A stretch of DNA of 64,000 nucleotides, from assembly GCA_951406725.2 (NCBI GenBank), contig OX597829.1:21328001-21392000 (forward strand), written 5' to 3'. The position numbers and the translations under genes are program-made. The notes beneath the pieces were generated by a model. It had not been told where the DNA came from and ran no database searches. It worked only from the letters and a program-made list of their open reading frames with translations. Below are positions 50,892 to 64,000 of the stretch, piece after piece (position 1 is the first letter of the stretch; every line of letters starts with the position of its first letter). The stretch comes from Octopus vulgaris (lineage: Eukaryota).

Positions 50892-51752
50892 CTGTAAGTA
50901 CATAAATACTAAAAGACTGTATTTTCAAATCCTTTATTCATTGCATTAGCTTATATTTAAAATAAATTGTATTAAATAAAGATTTTTCAATGCCAGTCAA
51001 AAATGACCGCTATGGTCCTTGTATGAAGTAAGAAAATCTTGGTACTTCTAGTGTTGAAGCACGATATCATAATGAATACATATCATAAAACCAATGTCCT
51101 AATGAAACAAATGATGTCACATTGAAAACACTATCTTAATGAAGCCATGTCATAAACATAATCATGGTGTCATTATGGAAACATCATGCAATGTAATTTA
51201 TAGGAAACTTAATACGGAAGATATTGATAAGTATAAAGCTTCATTAATTAGGAATGCTTACAATATTTCAAAACAGAATATTGTAAAACTTTACATATAA
51301 TATATACGTTTTTTTCCCATCAAAATCAAGATCAAAAGTAGTGGTATATCTGATATATTATAGCATTACATTAGATTGCAAAGTTTTTTTTTTCTCATGC
51401 ACTTTTATTAGGTAAAAGTAATGCAATAAAGCTCCATTATTTTTTTAGATTTATTATTATTTTTTGTGTATTACATATCAATATGCAACACAGAATTTTG
51501 TCAGTGAACATGTCACAGACTCAAAGCAACGAAAATATTTTGACAAATTAAATTTAAATGTTGATTTTGTGTGTTTTTAAATGGCTTATAAACACCTTCT
51601 ATGTTGCAATTGTTTTCGTTTCAGCACATGATCTCAGATCAGGTCATTTGCTATGCAAGTACATTGCCATATCAATATATTTTATAAAAAATAAAACACT
51701 ATTATCATAAACAAATAGTTGAATTATTGAAGACTATCTATACTTATAGCAC

Positions 51753-52161
51753 TTACTCTTTACTCTCATCTACTCTTTTACTTGCTTCAGTCATTTGACT
51801 GTCGAGCAAATCGACCCCAGGACTTGTACTTTGTAAGCCTAGTACTTCTTCTATCGGTCTCTTTTGCTGAACCGCTAAGTTACGGGGATGTAAACACACC
51901 ACCATCGGTTGTCAAGTGATGTTGGGGGAACAAACATAGACACACAAACATATACACACACACATACATATATATATATACATATATATACATATATATG
52001 ACGAGCTTCTTTCAGTGTCTGTCTACCAAATACACTCACAAGGCTTTGGTTGGCCTGAGGCCATAGTAGAAGACACTTGCCCAAGGTGCCACGCAGTGGG
52101 ACTGAACCTGGAACCATGTGGTTGATAAGCAAGCTGCTTACCACACAGCCACTCCTGCGCC
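51753..52161 (-). mobile_element. SINE family A
   Basis: Reverse-complement copy with a small deletion. Confidence 0.92.
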
Positions 52162-52210
52162 TACTTGTGCAACATTGCATATTAAATACAGTATTATAAA
52201 TATATTTTTG

Positions 52211-52420
52211 GAGGTGTATGGCTTAGTGGTTAGGGTGTTAGACACATGACTGTAAGATTGTGGTTTTGATTCCTGGACTGAGCGACGTGTTGTGTTCTTG
52301 TGCAAAACACTTCATTTCACATTACTCCAGTCCACTCAGCTGGACAAAATGAGTAACCCTGTGACAGACCGACCTCCCATCTTAGTGAGGAATGCATAAG
52401 CCATGAAAACCAGGAAACTG
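52211..52420 (+). mobile_element. SINE family C-like (diverged)
   Basis: atggcttagtggttaggg head, tgtgttcttgtgcaaaacactt, cactcagctgg. Confidence 0.7.
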
Positions 52421-52739
52421 CAATGTATCCTCCTGATACCCACTCCCTCTACCCTCTACCTGTGCCCAATCACTAAATTCTACCCCCCACTCCTTTCAGC
52501 TCCCTCTCATCTTTCGCAATCTTGAGAACTCACTGTCTTCAATCTCCAATTCACTTCATCATATACATCTCCTTGTTTTTGGTTGTATGGCGTCTGCCCC
52601 CTCCCAGTCATATCTTCACTACCTCCTCTCTCTCCTCTCCTCGCTCTCCCCATCTGAGGTGGATGTTTCTCTTCAAATGTAAGACACCTATTTCTGTCCC
52701 TCGATACTTTTCCCCCACCACAGTTGAAGGGGTCTTATC

Positions 52740-52998
52740 CAGCAAATTATTTAGTGACCTCACTTGTTCTGGTGCTATGTATAAAAATCCAGTACACTCT
52801 GTAAAGTGGTTGGTACTAGGAAGGGTGTCCAGCCATAGAAGCCATGCTAAAACAGACAGCAGAGATTGGCAAAATCTTCTGACTTGCCAGTTCCTGTCAA
52901 ACCATCCAGCCCATACCAGCATTAAATGATGGTGATGATGATGATGGTGATGGTGATGGTGATGACGATGATGATGACGATGATGACAATGATGATGG
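52740..52998 (+). mobile_element. RTE 3'-end fragment with expanded (tga)n tail
   Basis: aggaagggtgtccagcc...aaccatccagcccataccagc then (gat)n. Confidence 0.7.
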
Positions 52999-53249
52999 TT
53001 CAAAGCCATTACAGCTTAAGTGAAATATAAAAATATTGGATTGAATATAATTGTCTGGGATAGTTACAAATGCCTGCATGTATATGTCTGTCCCAATCAA
53101 TTACATCTAATCCACTTAAGTATGCATACACAAAAGCACAAATACACAAACACATACACACCATTCTTCAATGAAACAATAACAGCAGACTATGGAACAA
53201 TTTTAATTAGAGAAATGCTTACTGATATTAATTGCTAACACTAGTGAAA

Positions 53250-54930
53250 TTTTAATGTTAAATGCAACATGAACCCTAAACTCAACAATGCCTTCAACGA
53301 TAGCATTCCCAAAAGCTGTGGGAAATGCTTGCTAGAGAAATTCAAGGAGAATCTAATAACCCTAAAGCAGGAAATACATTTGGTAGTGGGGGGTGGATGG
53401 AAAACTGCTGAAAATCTCTGGAAACATAAGAACATTGACTATAAGTTCACATTTGACCTACAAACTTAAATAGCACAGCATTAAAGGCCGTGTCATTGAA
53501 ATTGTAAATATTCTTTGCCAAGAAGATCTGAAGTAATTTTAGAGTGTAATAATATTAAGTGTAAATGTATGCGTAATATATAATGCAGTATGGTTGAATG
53601 AATTACGTAGAATAAGTTCTGTGTAAACATCGCCCCTTGAAACTTAAACATCAGCAGCTGGTCTTTTTCTTGCAAATAATAAACAAACAATGAAAAGGAA
53701 AAATGAACTAGGAAAGGCTGGGTAGAGAGATAGCAGTTTAGAAGTCTTGTTCTGATGAAAACCTTCATAAATCTCTTCTAAAGAACAATAGGGAGCTAGC
53801 TTGATATACCAGATGGAATAGTAGTTATACTGACAATGCCAGTGGTTTTAATACTTAGAATTATCTATGAGGAGAAGTTTAAAAATTTACAACATACCTA
53901 AAGCATATTGTAGATTCCTAAATAGTAAAAAAATTATTTTAGTTGGTTCCTGCAGGAACATAGTAAAAAAAAAAGTGGGTAACTGATGAACAAATGAGTA
54001 GGAAGAAAGAAGTCTGGGGTAGTGTCTCATAAACAAAACTCTTAACTGTGTTCTAAGTAGCAAAAACAACATCAAACCCAACAACAATGTGACGAGAATA
54101 TAAGATAAAGTTGAACTGTCTCTCATTCATCGTTAGTAGTTAATGTCTCAGCTGCTGTTTTCTTTGCTGTTGAAAGATTGGCTAAAATATGGCACCCACA
54201 ACTAATATTAAGAACTGAATCAGCTAAAGTACTCACAAACAGAATCAGGTTATCAACGAGGGTGTTCTGAGGAACAGCCTGTCTGTACTGTTGTTTAATA
54301 TGCAACCAACATCATGTCAATTTTCCTAAAGGTATATGAAGGCTTCTTGCTTGAATCAATGAAGGAGAACATAATCAGTGTCAACAGCATTTGGACAAAG
54401 GTGCTTCATGTACTGAAGAAATATACAATTAAATCATTCAAATTCTATCCAAGTTCTACATCATAACCTCTGATGAGCTCCCTTGTGACCATACGTAGGT
54501 GCATTGCAACCAAAAGACTATGCTTTCTCTTCAGAAAATATGTCAGCTATAATTATCCACTGACCTCTACAAAACAAGTAAAACACCCGCATTCCATTTT
54601 TGATCCCTTATATGAGAATTAAACTGAAAATATTCATTCAAGCGTCCAAATATGTCATTCAGCTGATCTGCAAAAGCTTATCAAGATTCTACAACCACTG
54701 ATCTATAAACACACTATTTCTTCTCTTGTCCTTTCTGTTCTTACTACAATGATTTCTGCTTCACTGAACTCACACGCTGCTTTTGCTCCTTTTGTTATCA
54801 CTTGTGCCATCATCACTCCCAGGTTCTGTATTAAGCACTTAATTCAATCTTTTTTTTTTTTTTAACTACAACTATTTTCTAAAGTAATTCCTTCCTGATC
54901 AATGCTTTACCAAAGGTCATCAAACTAAAG
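53250..54930. mobile_element. Old CR1/L2/Jockey-type LINE remnants (mixed orientation)
   Basis: Minus-strand AVPQNTLVDNLILFV (GVPQG-like) near 54230-54280; decayed 3'-ORF-like sequence on + at 54400-54900. Confidence 0.45.
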
Positions 54931-56206
54931 ACATTCAAACTGAATGTCACTTATATTGATTCCACTCTTACTTAATATCATTGACCTGGCTATCTAGCTT
55001 GTCTCCCAATGACAAGTACTGCAAATATTACAGAACAGAGGAAATTGCTACTCACAGTGTACCGACATTTGGGATACTGGATAGGACACATGAAGAAATT
55101 TGAAAATTATAATAATAGCCAGCAATTTTTTTATTTTTTTATCAGCAGTGACACTTACCAGATCTCTCTCAAAGAAATTAGCCACTGTTTGTGTGTGAGT
55201 ATGTGAGCTTCAATATGTATCTGAAGATCAACAACAAGAAACTATGTAATAAATTGTGAAGTTTGAGTCTGATACACATACACAAGCACCCTCACATGCC
55301 TGTGTATATACACATTCACACCGGAGTAACTAATATGGTCTATGCATTATAATTACAATTGCCAATGTCAAAACATCTTTGATGGGTGAAACTTGAACAT
55401 ATCTCAGCAACCATCTGTCAATATATAAAAAAAAAATGCAACAAAGTTTTCAATAAGCAATCACTAGAGTATAATAGCAAAACCCTTCACAGAATTATAG
55501 CTTCAATGCGGACTGATTACAGAGGCTTGACTGACACAAAATATTTAATTGTTGTTATATATCATTAGTCACGAATGAGCTTTGCTGTCTGTTATTCATG
55601 CAGAATCAGAATGTGAAACAATGCCATGCTAATGTGTATTAAAACCAGGGAGTTGAAAATAAACATCTGAATCTAATGCGAGCTTGAAAATAAGTGTTGA
55701 ACACTTAAAATTAAGATATTTGAAGTAAATACAGCATAGATTTCATGCTACAATAAGGAAACTATATCTGCAAATATGAAATGTTCAGCAGAATATATTT
55801 GATAATTATACTTTTGTTTAAACTGCTAATATTTTAGTGTAAATAATATCTTTATATCTTATAATACAAACAATGCTTTTTTATCTTTGTAAAGATGAAT
55901 CTAAGATACCTGCATTAGTGAACATAAACTCAAGGTGGTGTGACAGGTATAAAATTCACCTTGTAAATGAGAGATATGTGGTTCAATTCCCTACAGTGGG
56001 TTTGTTCTTTTTCAATCTTAATTTGTTGATTTTGAAATTGTAACATTTAGTATTGATTGTATGAAAAATTTAGCAGCCGATTTATAAACTATTCATGTAC
56101 TACATATTAGCCTTATCTATGCATTAAATCAAGAGAGGATATCTTTCTATGTTATGATGAAACTAATACCAATACATATTTATGCCTAATTTGAAAGAAA
56201 TTGCAT

Positions 56207-56264
<58 letters not shown>

Positions 56265-56450
56265 TTGCATGAGTGTGTGTGTGAAGGGAGCACAGATTCA
56301 AGTTACTATAGCTGATTGTATATCCAAATGAGAGATATATGCTTTGGTTCCCATCAATAATTTTTGAAAAAGCAATTTTGAATATTATTTATATTAAAAT
56401 CTTTGCAGTTTATAGGGTGTATGTTTTTTTTGTTTTATTATTTATTATTA

Positions 56451-56519
<69 letters not shown>

Positions 56520-56849
56520 TTCATTATTAATTATTATTATTTATATATGTCATTGATTTTTTTTTTAAGTTAGAGGAGAGAGAGAGTAGCATCTATAAAT
56601 CTTTGTAATATCTCCCGTACTGGTGTGGTTGTTGTGGTTGATGTTCTGCTTGAACTTTTGTAGGTCAACGTCTGTAAGAAAAGTTTTGGTGAGAAGAGAA
56701 TTCCATTTCCAGAGAAAGTGCATTGGGAAAAGTGCTTTGTTTAGTAGTGAATTCGTAGTAATGAAGAAAAGCATAATTAAAATTACATAAACACATTAGC
56801 CAACAATTTGAGTTTCTTTTCCTGCTCTGTAAATAAATATATGTATTGG

Positions 56850-57880
56850 AAGCTGCTCCCCTAGTGATTCCACAATGTGACATGACTATATCACCAACAT
56901 TTAAAAGTTCTGCGAAAGCAATCTCATTTCAATTGGCATCAGCAAATATTGTGAACATGTTTGGCATGAGAATCTCCTTGCTACACTGTCCATTTGTTGG
57001 CTCCATTCATTTCTCCTCTCTTCCTTTCAGGACCACAAAATTACAGTGTGTGCTAATAGGAAACTGTCTGACCCACACTGTCAACTTTAGTGTCCCTCAA
57101 GGTTCAGTTATGCTTCAAACACCCTTCATTTCTGTACATTAATGATCTGCTATCTGTCATCTCTGACCTTCCTTTCCTCTCCAGCCTTCCGCACTCATGC
57201 GTGTTATTTCATCTGCAGGCTAGGCATTTCACATCAAACTTGCACCACCTCTGTTAACACACTCATCAAAAACGTTTTTCAATTGATACATGACAATCTA
57301 GTTTCCTTCCAAAGTAGAAAAACATATTCTCTACTCATATCAAGGAAACAATTGTGTATCTATATCTCTCTAGTTTTGGAAAACATGTAGGTTAAAACCT
57401 TTAAAATTTCTACAAATGCTAGATATCAAACGTTCTGATGATCTTATTTGACAACATATATATTGCAAAAAAATACATTCTGAAGACTAGCCTTCATCTT
57501 CACAGTCAGAAAATACTGGATACTGGATTTCTATTCAGTTTCTGAATTTTTACAAAGCTTCAATAAGCTAAACAGTGGAATATTACTCACACATGTGGAA
57601 CAGTTCTATCTCTGCCTCTTTTCTCCGTTCCTGTCTCATTTCTCCCTATTGCAATAATCTCTGATCCTCTCAAATACCTAACTGCAAAGCAATTCCATAA
57701 TGCCTATCCAAAATCTTTCTCTCTCTCTTTTCCTCTCATTGCACTTATTTTGTTTCTCAACCTATAAGCCAAATCCTTCCTCCCCAAATCATTGACTATC
57801 TGGAATTCCCTCTCTATCCATGTTTTTCTGCAACCATTGATTTACAGATTTTCATGCTAAACATCAACATTATTAATCTG
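56850..57880 (+). mobile_element. Old Jockey/CR1/L2-type LINE RT remnant
   Basis: VNFSVPQGSV....FLYINDL and downstream ..EYYSHMW motifs, heavily frameshifted. Confidence 0.7.
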
Positions 57881-58370
57881 AGTCATGGAGGGCCTTTGAA
57901 GATCACAAGCACTGCCCCCATTTTCGAACTAAGGGGGAAAATGTATCTTCTGGATTTTATATATTTTTTGCAGATGCTTCATCTGGCACACCTCTTGGTA
58001 TGGCATCATTATATTCTTACGGGAGTTCAGAAATAGGTTCTGGAGAGATTGCTGCTGAGCCAAAAATGATTGGTGTCATTGGAAAAGGTTTATTATTTAT
58101 TGAATTACATGTTAAATTTGAAATACTGATAGTTTTTATTTTATGAAAAAAAATTAACTTTAGTATAATAAGATTGTTATCAATTTCCATTCCTTCAACA
58201 ATAACGCAGAGATATGCAGGAACAATAGGAAAGTTGTTAGGAAAAATTTGACACATTGATGAATTAGCTGCATGCTTTATCCTGTTTGTCTTTGCTTATT
58301 TGACTCAAAATAATACTTTCTCATATTATATACTTCAAAAATATTATCATATATTCATGTATAAATAAAA

Positions 58371-59118
58371 TAAGAAAATAGAGATAATTAAATTAATAAT
58401 TATTTATTAATCACAAACATGGACATCATCTCTGACAGCTGTTTCGATTCAAGACTTTAGAAATTAATAAGTATCATTAAAAACATTTTAAAGTTGAATC
58501 TCGTTGGAGGTGGTAAAAAATATACCGTTACATTTTCATATTATTGTGTGTTGACTCAATACACAATAATATGAAAATGTAAGGGTATATTTTTTTTCTA
58601 CCTCTGATGAGATTCAACTTTAAAATGTTTTTAATTATTTATTTTTTTTTTTTACTTGACTGCGGCCATGCTGGAGCACTGCCTTCAGTCAAGCAACTCG
58701 ACCCCGGGACTTATTCTTTGTAAGCCCAGTACTTATTCTATCGGTCTCTTTTGCCAAACTGCTAAGTGACGGGGACATAAACACACCAGCATCGGTTGTC
58801 AAGCAATGCTTGGGGGACAAACACAGACACACAGACATACACGCACACATATATATGTATACATATATACGACGGGCTTCTTTCAGTTTCCGTCTACCAA
58901 ATACACTCACAAGGCTTTGGTCGGCCTGAGGCTATAGTAGAAGACACTTGCCCAAGGTGTCACGCAGTGGGACTGAACCTGGAACCATGTGGTTGGTAAG
59001 CAAGCTACTTAATTATACTTATTAATTTCTAAAGTCTTGAATCGAAACAGCTGTCAGAGATGATGTCCATGTTTGTGATTAATAAATAATTATTAATTTA
59101 ATTATCTCTATTTTCTTA
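58371..59118. repeat. Palindrome (~184-bp arms) carrying hammerhead motifs, right arm interrupted by a SINE
   Basis: Left arm 58371-58554, centre ~58555, right arm 58556-58638 plus 59017-59118. CTGATGA 58604-58610, stem II gattcaa / ttgaatc, GAAAC-AGCT-GTC 59044-59055. Confidence 0.9.
58640..59010 (-). mobile_element. SINE family A (5'-truncated) with TSD ttaattat
   Basis: TSD at 58631-58638 and 59009-59016. Confidence 0.9.
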
Positions 59119-60275
59119 AAATATATATAAACCCTAGTTTATCCAATTACCTTACAGCTGAATATTAACTGAAATATTCAATTCATTTTTAGTAATAGAT
59201 AATAAACCAGTATATTTTTGGATTTTATTATCCCTTTATTTGACCTTTAATTGAGCTTTGTATAAAGAATGGCATGCAGTTGCTAAGATTTTTAACTTGC
59301 TTATAGAAGTGTAAGCACACTAATAGAAAAGCATCTAAGAAAGTAGTGGGACTATTTAACATGCTCTAAATTAAACTATTTCCACAAACAAATAACTTTT
59401 TACTGTCTTTAGAAATATTATTATGTCCAGCCAGTACAGCTGCATGCATCAGACATACACTATTGTTGTTAGTTTCATTTGTTTAATTGGTAAACGATTT
59501 GTAAACCTATTACTCCATATTTGATTCTGTTTTGATCAACTTTAGTCTTTTAGTGTATTCTGTCAATCAAGTTAGAGGTTAAAAATGATGTTTTGTTAAT
59601 CTGTGTTAGTTCACATAAAGTCAATGCTTCAACCCTGATTAAATTGTGGTGAGTGGATGAGATAAAAATTTGACCTGATTAAGATCCAACAGTTTCTAAA
59701 GAGCTGGTATCTGTTCTAACTGGTAAGAGGATAGAAGTTTGTAAAATAAGCTTTCACCAACTGTTAGTTCAGTCATTTTTGGAAAAAATTATCAACTTTC
59801 TGAAGAAAGTGTTTAAAATTAGATAGTAGGTCTATACTTGTAATATACCTGTTGGATAGTAACAGGCAGAAATGATCTATACTATGATGAAAACTGAAAT
59901 TTCTCCAAACTTGTGATGCAACAAAACTCTTTGGACATATAAACTGTAACTAGACACTTTCAGAGGATGTTGAATCACAGACATCTAACTAATTTAGGCT
60001 TGAAACTGACAAATATTGAAAGACCGATAAATTTCAAACCTTTCTAATACACTAAAAAGGCTTATTGCACATGTGATTAATGAACATCTTTCAAATATTT
60101 GAGTAAATGTTTTGGTAATCCAATGTCTTGGAGTGTGTTGATCTATTCATCAGATATCAGGAATAATTCAATATTTTAGCTATTTCCATTCCTGTTTAAT
60201 AGATAATACAAAGAATTTGTATCTGATCTTTCTCAAAGCAAAATTATATTTTTTGTTATGCCTTTACTTTTATAG

Positions 60276-60472
60276 GATTAAATCCTGTTGAAACAAATTT
60301 GAACTCTCAAATGACTGGTTCAGAGATGGAATCATTTGAGCACAAATTGAATGATACGCACATGGGTAGCGGTGTTCATGGCATTAGCATTGCAAATTCT
60401 ACAAAAGATAAGCTAATTTGCAAAGACAGTATACAAGATAACAGTGACATAGAGGGTGATTCTATGAGAGAA
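60276..60472 (+). CDS. Host gene exon (phase 1-0)
   Basis: tttacttttatag|GA, GAA|gtaagt; (G)LNPVETNLNSQMTGSEMESFEHKLNDTHMG...DIEGDSMRE. Confidence 0.85.
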
Positions 60473-60534
60473 GTAAGTATTTTATCTCTCCCACTAAAAA
60501 TCTCATCTTATTTGCCGTCATCACTGCTACATTC

Positions 60535-60900
60535 ATTGTTACCAGCACCATCACCACCGCAGCTACCACCACCACAATCATCACTGCCACAACTGCTACC
60601 ACCACCACCACCAAATTACCTCTGCCAACACCACCACCACTCCCGCCACTGCCACCACCACCACCACTGCCATCACCACCAAATTACCTCTGCCAACACC
60701 ACCACCACTCCCGCCACTGCCACCACCACCACCACTGCCATCACCACCAAAATACCTCTGCCAACACCACCACTGCCACAATCACCACTTGTCATCATTA
60801 TCATTATCATCTTATCATCTTATCATCATCGTCACCTTTATCCTCATCATCATCATCATCATCATCATCGTTGTTGTTGTCGTCATTATCATTATTACAC
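60535..60900. repeat. (CCA)n/(CAT)n low-complexity tract with a ~69-bp internal duplication
   Basis: caccaccaaattacctctgccaacaccaccacc is repeated about three times. Confidence 0.85.
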
Positions 60901-61466
60901 ACCAGTTGTTTGATAGCAAATGCTCACCTGAATTAACTGTCATCCTGCTTCTGCTGATGTAATGCCTGTGCCATTTTTTTGTTTGTTTTAGTTTTTTTTC
61001 ACGCAAGCGATACTTAGATGAATCTGCAATATCCCATATCTCTTCACACCTCAACCTTATTACCATCACAATCATCTCTGATCTAATCAAACTGCTTCCT
61101 AATAGCTACATTCTGTCATCAACTCAAAGCATCTCTTATCCACATATTTGTAATCCATTTGCATCAGTATATTTAGAAAACTGACACATTATTGATCAAT
61201 TAGTTTAAATTATTTTCAATTATCCAAATTACTCCAAGGTATATTATATGAAAGAATATAGGTTCTTCCTATGAAAATTTTATGTACATCTAGAGAAAAG
61301 CAGGCATCTGTCATTAATTTACTGTAATTTTACTTTTGTTATGAGTTGAATAGCAGCGTTGATTTTTGAAGGAAGGAGAGCATCTTCACACATACGTAAG
61401 AAATATAATGTTGTATAGCAATAAAGCATTGGCAGTGAAAGGAAAGGGTAGGAAGGATAAGGACAA

Positions 61467-61778
61467 CTCTTTTACTCTTTTACTTGTTTCAGTCATTTGA
61501 CTGTGGTCATGCTGGAGCACTGACTTTAGTTGAGCAAATCAACCCCAGGACTTATTCTTTGTAAGCCTAGTACTTATTCTATTGGACTCTTTTGCTGAAC
61601 TGCTAAGTTATGGAGACGTAAACACACCAGCATCGGTTGTCAAGCGATTTTGGGGGCACAAACGCAGACACACAAACGTATACACTCACACGCGCGTGTG
61701 CGGACACACACATATACATACACATATATATACGACGGGCTTCTTTCAGTTTCCGTCTATCAAATCCACTCACAAGGC
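61467..61778 (-). mobile_element. SINE family A (5'-truncated)
   Basis: Reverse-complement 3' part, abutting an RTE fragment. Confidence 0.88.
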
Positions 61779-62706
61779 ACATAAGAGGTGCAGCAATATC
61801 AGGGAAGGGTTAACTGGGAAGATAGTTTTGTGTGTGTGGCAGATGCACAGGGGCAATAAACACCGAAGACTCCATCAATTCCAGGGAGAAAAGCTAGAAG
61901 TAGTTGATAGCTTCCATTTTCTAGGTGACCAAATGAGAGTGCAGCTACTAGAATAGCCTAGGCAGAGTTCAGAGAGCTCCTCCCTCTGCTGGTAGCAAAG
62001 GGCCTTTCACTCAGAGTGAAAGGTAGACTGTATGATGCATGTACACAAACAGCCATGCTACATGGATTACGACTGCTGAGGGTATGCATAGGCTTGAAAG
62101 AAATGAAGCTAGTATGATCTGCTGGATGTGTAATATCAGTGTGTATACACAACAGAGTGTAAGCACCTTGAGAGAAAAGTTGGACATAAGAAGCATCAGA
62201 TGTGGTGTGCAAGAGAGATGACTGTGCTGGTATGGTCATGTATTGTGTATGGATGAGGACAGCTGTGTAAAGAAGTGTCACACCCTAACAGTGGAGAGAA
62301 CCTGCAGAAGAGGAAGACATGAGATGAAGTGGTGAAGCATGACCTCCAAATGTTGGGTCTCACAGAGGAACTGACAAGTAACTGAGACCTTTGGAGATAT
62401 GCTGTGCTTGAGAAGACCCAGCAAGTCAAGTGAGATTGTAGCTGTGGCCGATGCTAGTGTCACATAACCAGCCCGTTTAAAGTCTCCTTTAATTGTCGGG
62501 GTAATATGCTGTGCTTGAGAAGACATGTTGAGTCAAGTGAAATCATAGTCATGGCTGATACCAGTGCTGCCTAACTGGCACCTGTGCCAGTGGCACATAA
62601 AAAGCACCATTCGAGCATGGTCGATGCCAGTGATGCCTGACTGGCCCCCATGTCAGTGGTATGTAAAAATCACTCATTACACTCTTGGAGTGGTTGGCGT
62701 TAGGAA
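61779..62706 (+). mobile_element. RTE LINE 3' fragment (same family as 15447-17365)
   Basis: HKRCSNI..., GEKLEVVDSFHFLG, KGRLYDACTQTAMLHG, RLERNEASMICWMC, then 3'UTR. Confidence 0.9.
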
Positions 62707-62939
62707 GGTAGCCATAACATTAGAGATGTTTGTACTTGATAGTTCATTGATATCAAGGCACAGGTGTTGTTTATGTGGTAAGAAGCCTGTTTGCCAACCA
62801 CATGGCTTCAGGTCCAGTCCCAAGGCATACTCCATGGTGACTTGTACAGTAGCTCTGGGCTGACGAAAGCTTTGTGAGAGGATTTGATAGACAAAAACTG
62901 AAAAAAGCTTGTCCTGTGTGTGTGCGCGTGCGTGTGTGT

Positions 62940-62979
<40 letters not shown>

Positions 62980-63251
62980 TTCTGTCTCTTTACATTGAAT
63001 TTTGTGTAATAGTAATCAAAAATGAGTGTTACCATTACAGAAGTAGTGTCCTTCATTTACAATCTTCCATGAAAACACGTCTGCTCAGAAAGGAAATACT
63101 ACCATAATTGGAAATAGTTAAGGATTGGCAACTAGAAAAGAGGATGTAAAGACAATGATGATGATGATGATGATGATATAAAATGATAATGTTGCAGTAG
63201 TAATTTTTCAGTTTGGATTTCTTTCTTTTCTTTTTTTTAAAATTTTACTAG

Positions 63252-63363
63252 GATTTTACTCAAATTTCTACAACAAAACCTGTGAAAGAAAGAGGAACGA
63301 TGAAGAAGCGTAAAGGAGATAAAACAAAACAAACTGAAATCTATAACAAAATTCAACTAGAAG
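63252..63363 (+). CDS. Host gene exon (phase 0-1); the gene continues beyond the window
   Basis: Long polypyrimidine tract, ttactag|GAT, GAAG|gtatga; DFTQISTTKPVKERGTMKKRKGDKTKQTEIYNKIQLE. Confidence 0.82.
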
Positions 63364-63469
63364 GTATGAAAAATCTGTTTTACAGTCTAAGCATAAATAT
63401 TTTATACCAAACGTTTAACTTTGAATACTAAGTACACAGGAGTGAAAACATAATTACGTCATAGACAAA

Positions 63470-64000
63470 GACCTGTGAAGCCAAGTGGAATCATAGTTAT
63501 GGCTGGTGTGAGTGTTGTGTAACTGGCATGTAAAAGGCACCCTTCAAACTTTGGGCAATATGCCATGCTCGAGAAAGCCCATCAAGACAAATGAAATCAT
63601 TTGCCAGGTGTCATGTCACTGGCACCCATGCCAGTGGCATGTAAAAGGCACCCTTCAGACGTTGAGTAATATGCCATGCTTGTGAAGACCTGTCATGCCA
63701 AATGAAATCATTTGCCAAGTGTCATGTCACTGACACCCATGCCAGTGGCATGTAAAAGGCACCCTTCAGACGTTGGGTAATATGCCATGCTTGTGAAGAC
63801 CTGTCAAGCCAAATGAAATCATTTGCCAGGTGTCATGTCACTGACACCCATGCCAGTGGCATGTAAAATGCACCCTTCAGACGTTGGGTAATATGCCATG
63901 CTTGTGAAGACCTGTCAAGCCAAGTAAAATTGTGGTCATAGCCGATGTCAATGTCTCATACCTGGTACCCATGCAGATGGCATGTAAAAAGCACTGTTCA
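63470..64000 (+). repeat. 111-bp tandem repeat derived from the RTE 3'UTR
   Basis: atgaaatca at 63591, 63702 and 63813; the unit matches the 3'UTR motifs at 62400-62610. Confidence 0.85.

Noticed and set aside
55915-56360. Two faint tRNA-like stretches
   Set aside because: Only a B-box-like motif is recognisable; no consistent stems.
60473-60913. Pro/His-rich extension of the 204-aa ORF
   Set aside because: It lies after a canonical gtaagt donor at 60473 and is a (CCA)n/(CAT)n tract; the next exon at 63252 fits the phase.

Overview
AT-rich, repeat-dense eukaryotic DNA. The SINE/LINE families and (TA)n/(CA)n microsatellites suggest a coleoid cephalopod, probably Octopus (inference from repeat recognition). 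Nearly all ORFs in the supplied track are artefacts of microsatellites and SINEs. The real host content is one + strand gene fragment: nine exons (10156-10310, 25509-25928, 30033-30156, 33176-33262, 34931-35103, 37743-37924, 42034-42290, 60276-60472, 63252-63363) with GT-AG boundaries and mutually compatible phases. They encode a Ser/Lys/Asp-rich, probably disordered protein that I cannot name, and the gene continues past the window. The introns and flank hold decayed mariner, maT/DD37D, piggyBac, Helitron/Helentron, RTE, R4/Dong-type, CR1/L2-type and Penelope-like elements, about four tRNA-derived SINE families and a tRNA-Ala pseudogene. The most unusual structures are: (i) long palindromes whose arms each encode a minimal hammerhead-ribozyme fold with a palindromic loop III (32.4-32.8 kb, 58.4-59.1 kb, and a decayed one at 20.8-20.9 kb); (ii) a 13 x 128-bp satellite built from the left end of a piggyBac-type MITE; (iii) a PHD-like finger inside the RTE ORF downstream of the RT catalytic motif. 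No prokaryote-type system (CRISPR, operon) is present. Repeat boundaries are approximate unless a TSD/TIR is quoted.
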